A stretch of DNA of 25,073 nt, taken from positions 1 to 25,073 of IMG/VR virus record IMGVR_UViG_3300020239_000022. One strand, 5' to 3'. The stretch is from a virus (taxonomy: Duplodnaviria; Caudoviricetes). Below, piece after piece: positions 24,231 to 25,073 of the stretch. How positions within the stretch are numbered: the stretch's first letter is position 1; each line of letters begins with the position of its first letter. The position numbers and the translations under genes are program-made. Under the pieces are notes generated by a model. The model did not search any database. It saw nothing but the letters and a program-made list of their open reading frames with translations, and had not been told where the DNA came from.

Positions 24231-24542
24231 ATCGTCTTGCTTACCTTGTTTCTTTCTATGCAAGCTTTCAGCATAAGCCTTCACTTTTGCAAAGTCTTCA
24301 TTTGATAACTTGTCATTATCTGCCTTGATCTCCTTATCCAGTTCCATCAATAACTGGGCAACATGGTCAGTAACATTAAAGGATAATTCATTAAAAGTAC
24401 CCATGATTGCAACTTTACTGGGGATTTGGCAATCAAGAAATTCCTCATCCATCCATTCTTGCAACTCTGTAATTATCCGAATAAATCTCTCTTGAGACTT
24501 TTTCTCTCTTTTAGTCTGTGGTCTAGTCCTTATATCAGTCAT
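24228..24542 (-). CDS. Hypothetical protein (104 aa)
   Basis: CAGGAG RBS; overlaps the upstream gene by 8 nt; helical composition. Confidence 0.75.
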   Translation of the reverse strand: MTDIRTRPQTKREKKSQERFIRIITELQEWMDEEFLDCQIPSKVAIMGTFNELSFNVTDHVAQLLMELDKEIKADNDKLSNEDFAKVKAYAESLHRKKQGKQDD

Positions 24543-24723
24543 GTTTTAAATCTCCTGTTAAATTATCAATCATAAAATCAGTTTTTGCCTTGATACTTTG
24601 AAGGTCTTCAACTGCACTTTTTGTTGTGCTGTGATTTTCCATAATGGATTTGCCGATACATTGTAGGCGGTTTTGAATTGTCATTGTGTATAATTTCAAT
24701 TCGTTTATCTGTTCTAAAGTCAT
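24535..24723 (-). CDS. Hypothetical protein (62 aa)
   Basis: TAGGAG upstream; coupled to the downstream gene. Confidence 0.65.
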   Translation of the reverse strand: MTLEQINELKLYTMTIQNRLQCIGKSIMENHSTTKSAVEDLQSIKAKTDFMIDNLTGDLKHD

Positions 24724-24744
24724 CTATCTTACTCCTATTATTTT

Positions 24745-24828
24745 TTAAAAATCAAAGATAAATCCCAATAGGACTATTATGAAAATTACTATAACAGCCC
24801 TATAAATGCCTGAGATTAATTCCAACAT
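24745..24828 (-). CDS. Possible 27-aa single-helix membrane peptide
   Basis: Not in the ORF track. MLELISGIYRAVIVIFIIVLLGFIFDF; fills the gap between two genes; no clear RBS. Confidence 0.4.
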   Translation of the reverse strand: MLELISGIYRAVIVIFIIVLLGFIFDF

Positions 24829-24832
24829 CTGA

Positions 24833-25073
24833 TTAGCTTGACAATTCAGTGAATAAAGGACTAGCAATAGCTTTTAAAACTCGACCTTCTCGTCTTAGTC
24901 TAGTTTCATGAACCTTGCCTTTTTTCTGAGTCATGGTTTTGATTTGTCCTTCCTCGTTTTCGTAACTATCCAATGAGGTGCCTGCATGAGTAGACCAGTT
25001 CGTCAAGGCGTTGTAAAGGGTGTACAAGTTTCTGCTCATACCAGTCTTTAATTCCTCTTCCCATTTATGGATT
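24833..25073 (-). CDS. C-terminal part of a DUF932-like phage protein (start is outside the window)
   Basis: The frame stays open to the window edge (IHKWEEELKTG-MSRNLYTLYNALTNWSTH); N-L-Y-x-L-Y-N-A-L-T-x-W-S-T-H resembles DUF932-family C-termini. Confidence 0.55.
   Translation of the reverse strand, partial: IHKWEEELKTGMSRNLYTLYNALTNWSTHAGTSLDSYENEEGQIKTMTQKKGKVHETRLRREGRVLKAIASPLFTELSS

Noticed and set aside
1-25073. tRNA/rRNA genes, introns or inteins, and alternative genetic code
   Set aside because: No cloverleaf or rRNA-like sequence was seen in the few gaps; terL, portal and capsid are uninterrupted; TAA, TAG and TGA all act as stops at coupled gene junctions.

Overview
AT-rich segment of a tailed dsDNA bacteriophage, most likely a marine-type podovirus with a short tail and no tape-measure or tube genes. 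Nearly all real genes lie on the minus strand. From right to left there are small, probably early/accessory genes (about 23.5-25 kb). Next is a roughly 750-bp non-coding control region with back-to-back sigma70 promoters, a structured leader, a probable small RNA and G-rich tracts. A tightly coupled packaging/morphogenesis operon follows: six small basic proteins, small and large terminase, a 1007-aa protein, a 65-aa protein, portal, an overprinted 75-aa gene, a 1162-aa lysozyme-containing internal protein, scaffold, major capsid, decoration protein, a small lipoprotein, adaptor, nozzle, tail fibre, Gly-rich adhesin, chaperone and a holin-like protein. The most unusual elements are: (i) a complete tyrosine-recombinase catalytic domain fused to about 770 unexplained residues and embedded between terL and portal; (ii) a 1162-aa multi-module protein (lysozyme / outer-membrane-like beta region / hydrophobic helices) punctuated by a [MYL]xxGG[KEN][VIM] motif that recurs in the small basic proteins; (iii) a tandem RNA hairpin with an identical CUAC/CC internal loop before the scaffold RBS; (iv) a divergent promoter pair producing a structured leader and a partly complementary sRNA. 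All family assignments come from motif recognition and synteny by eye; no searches were run.
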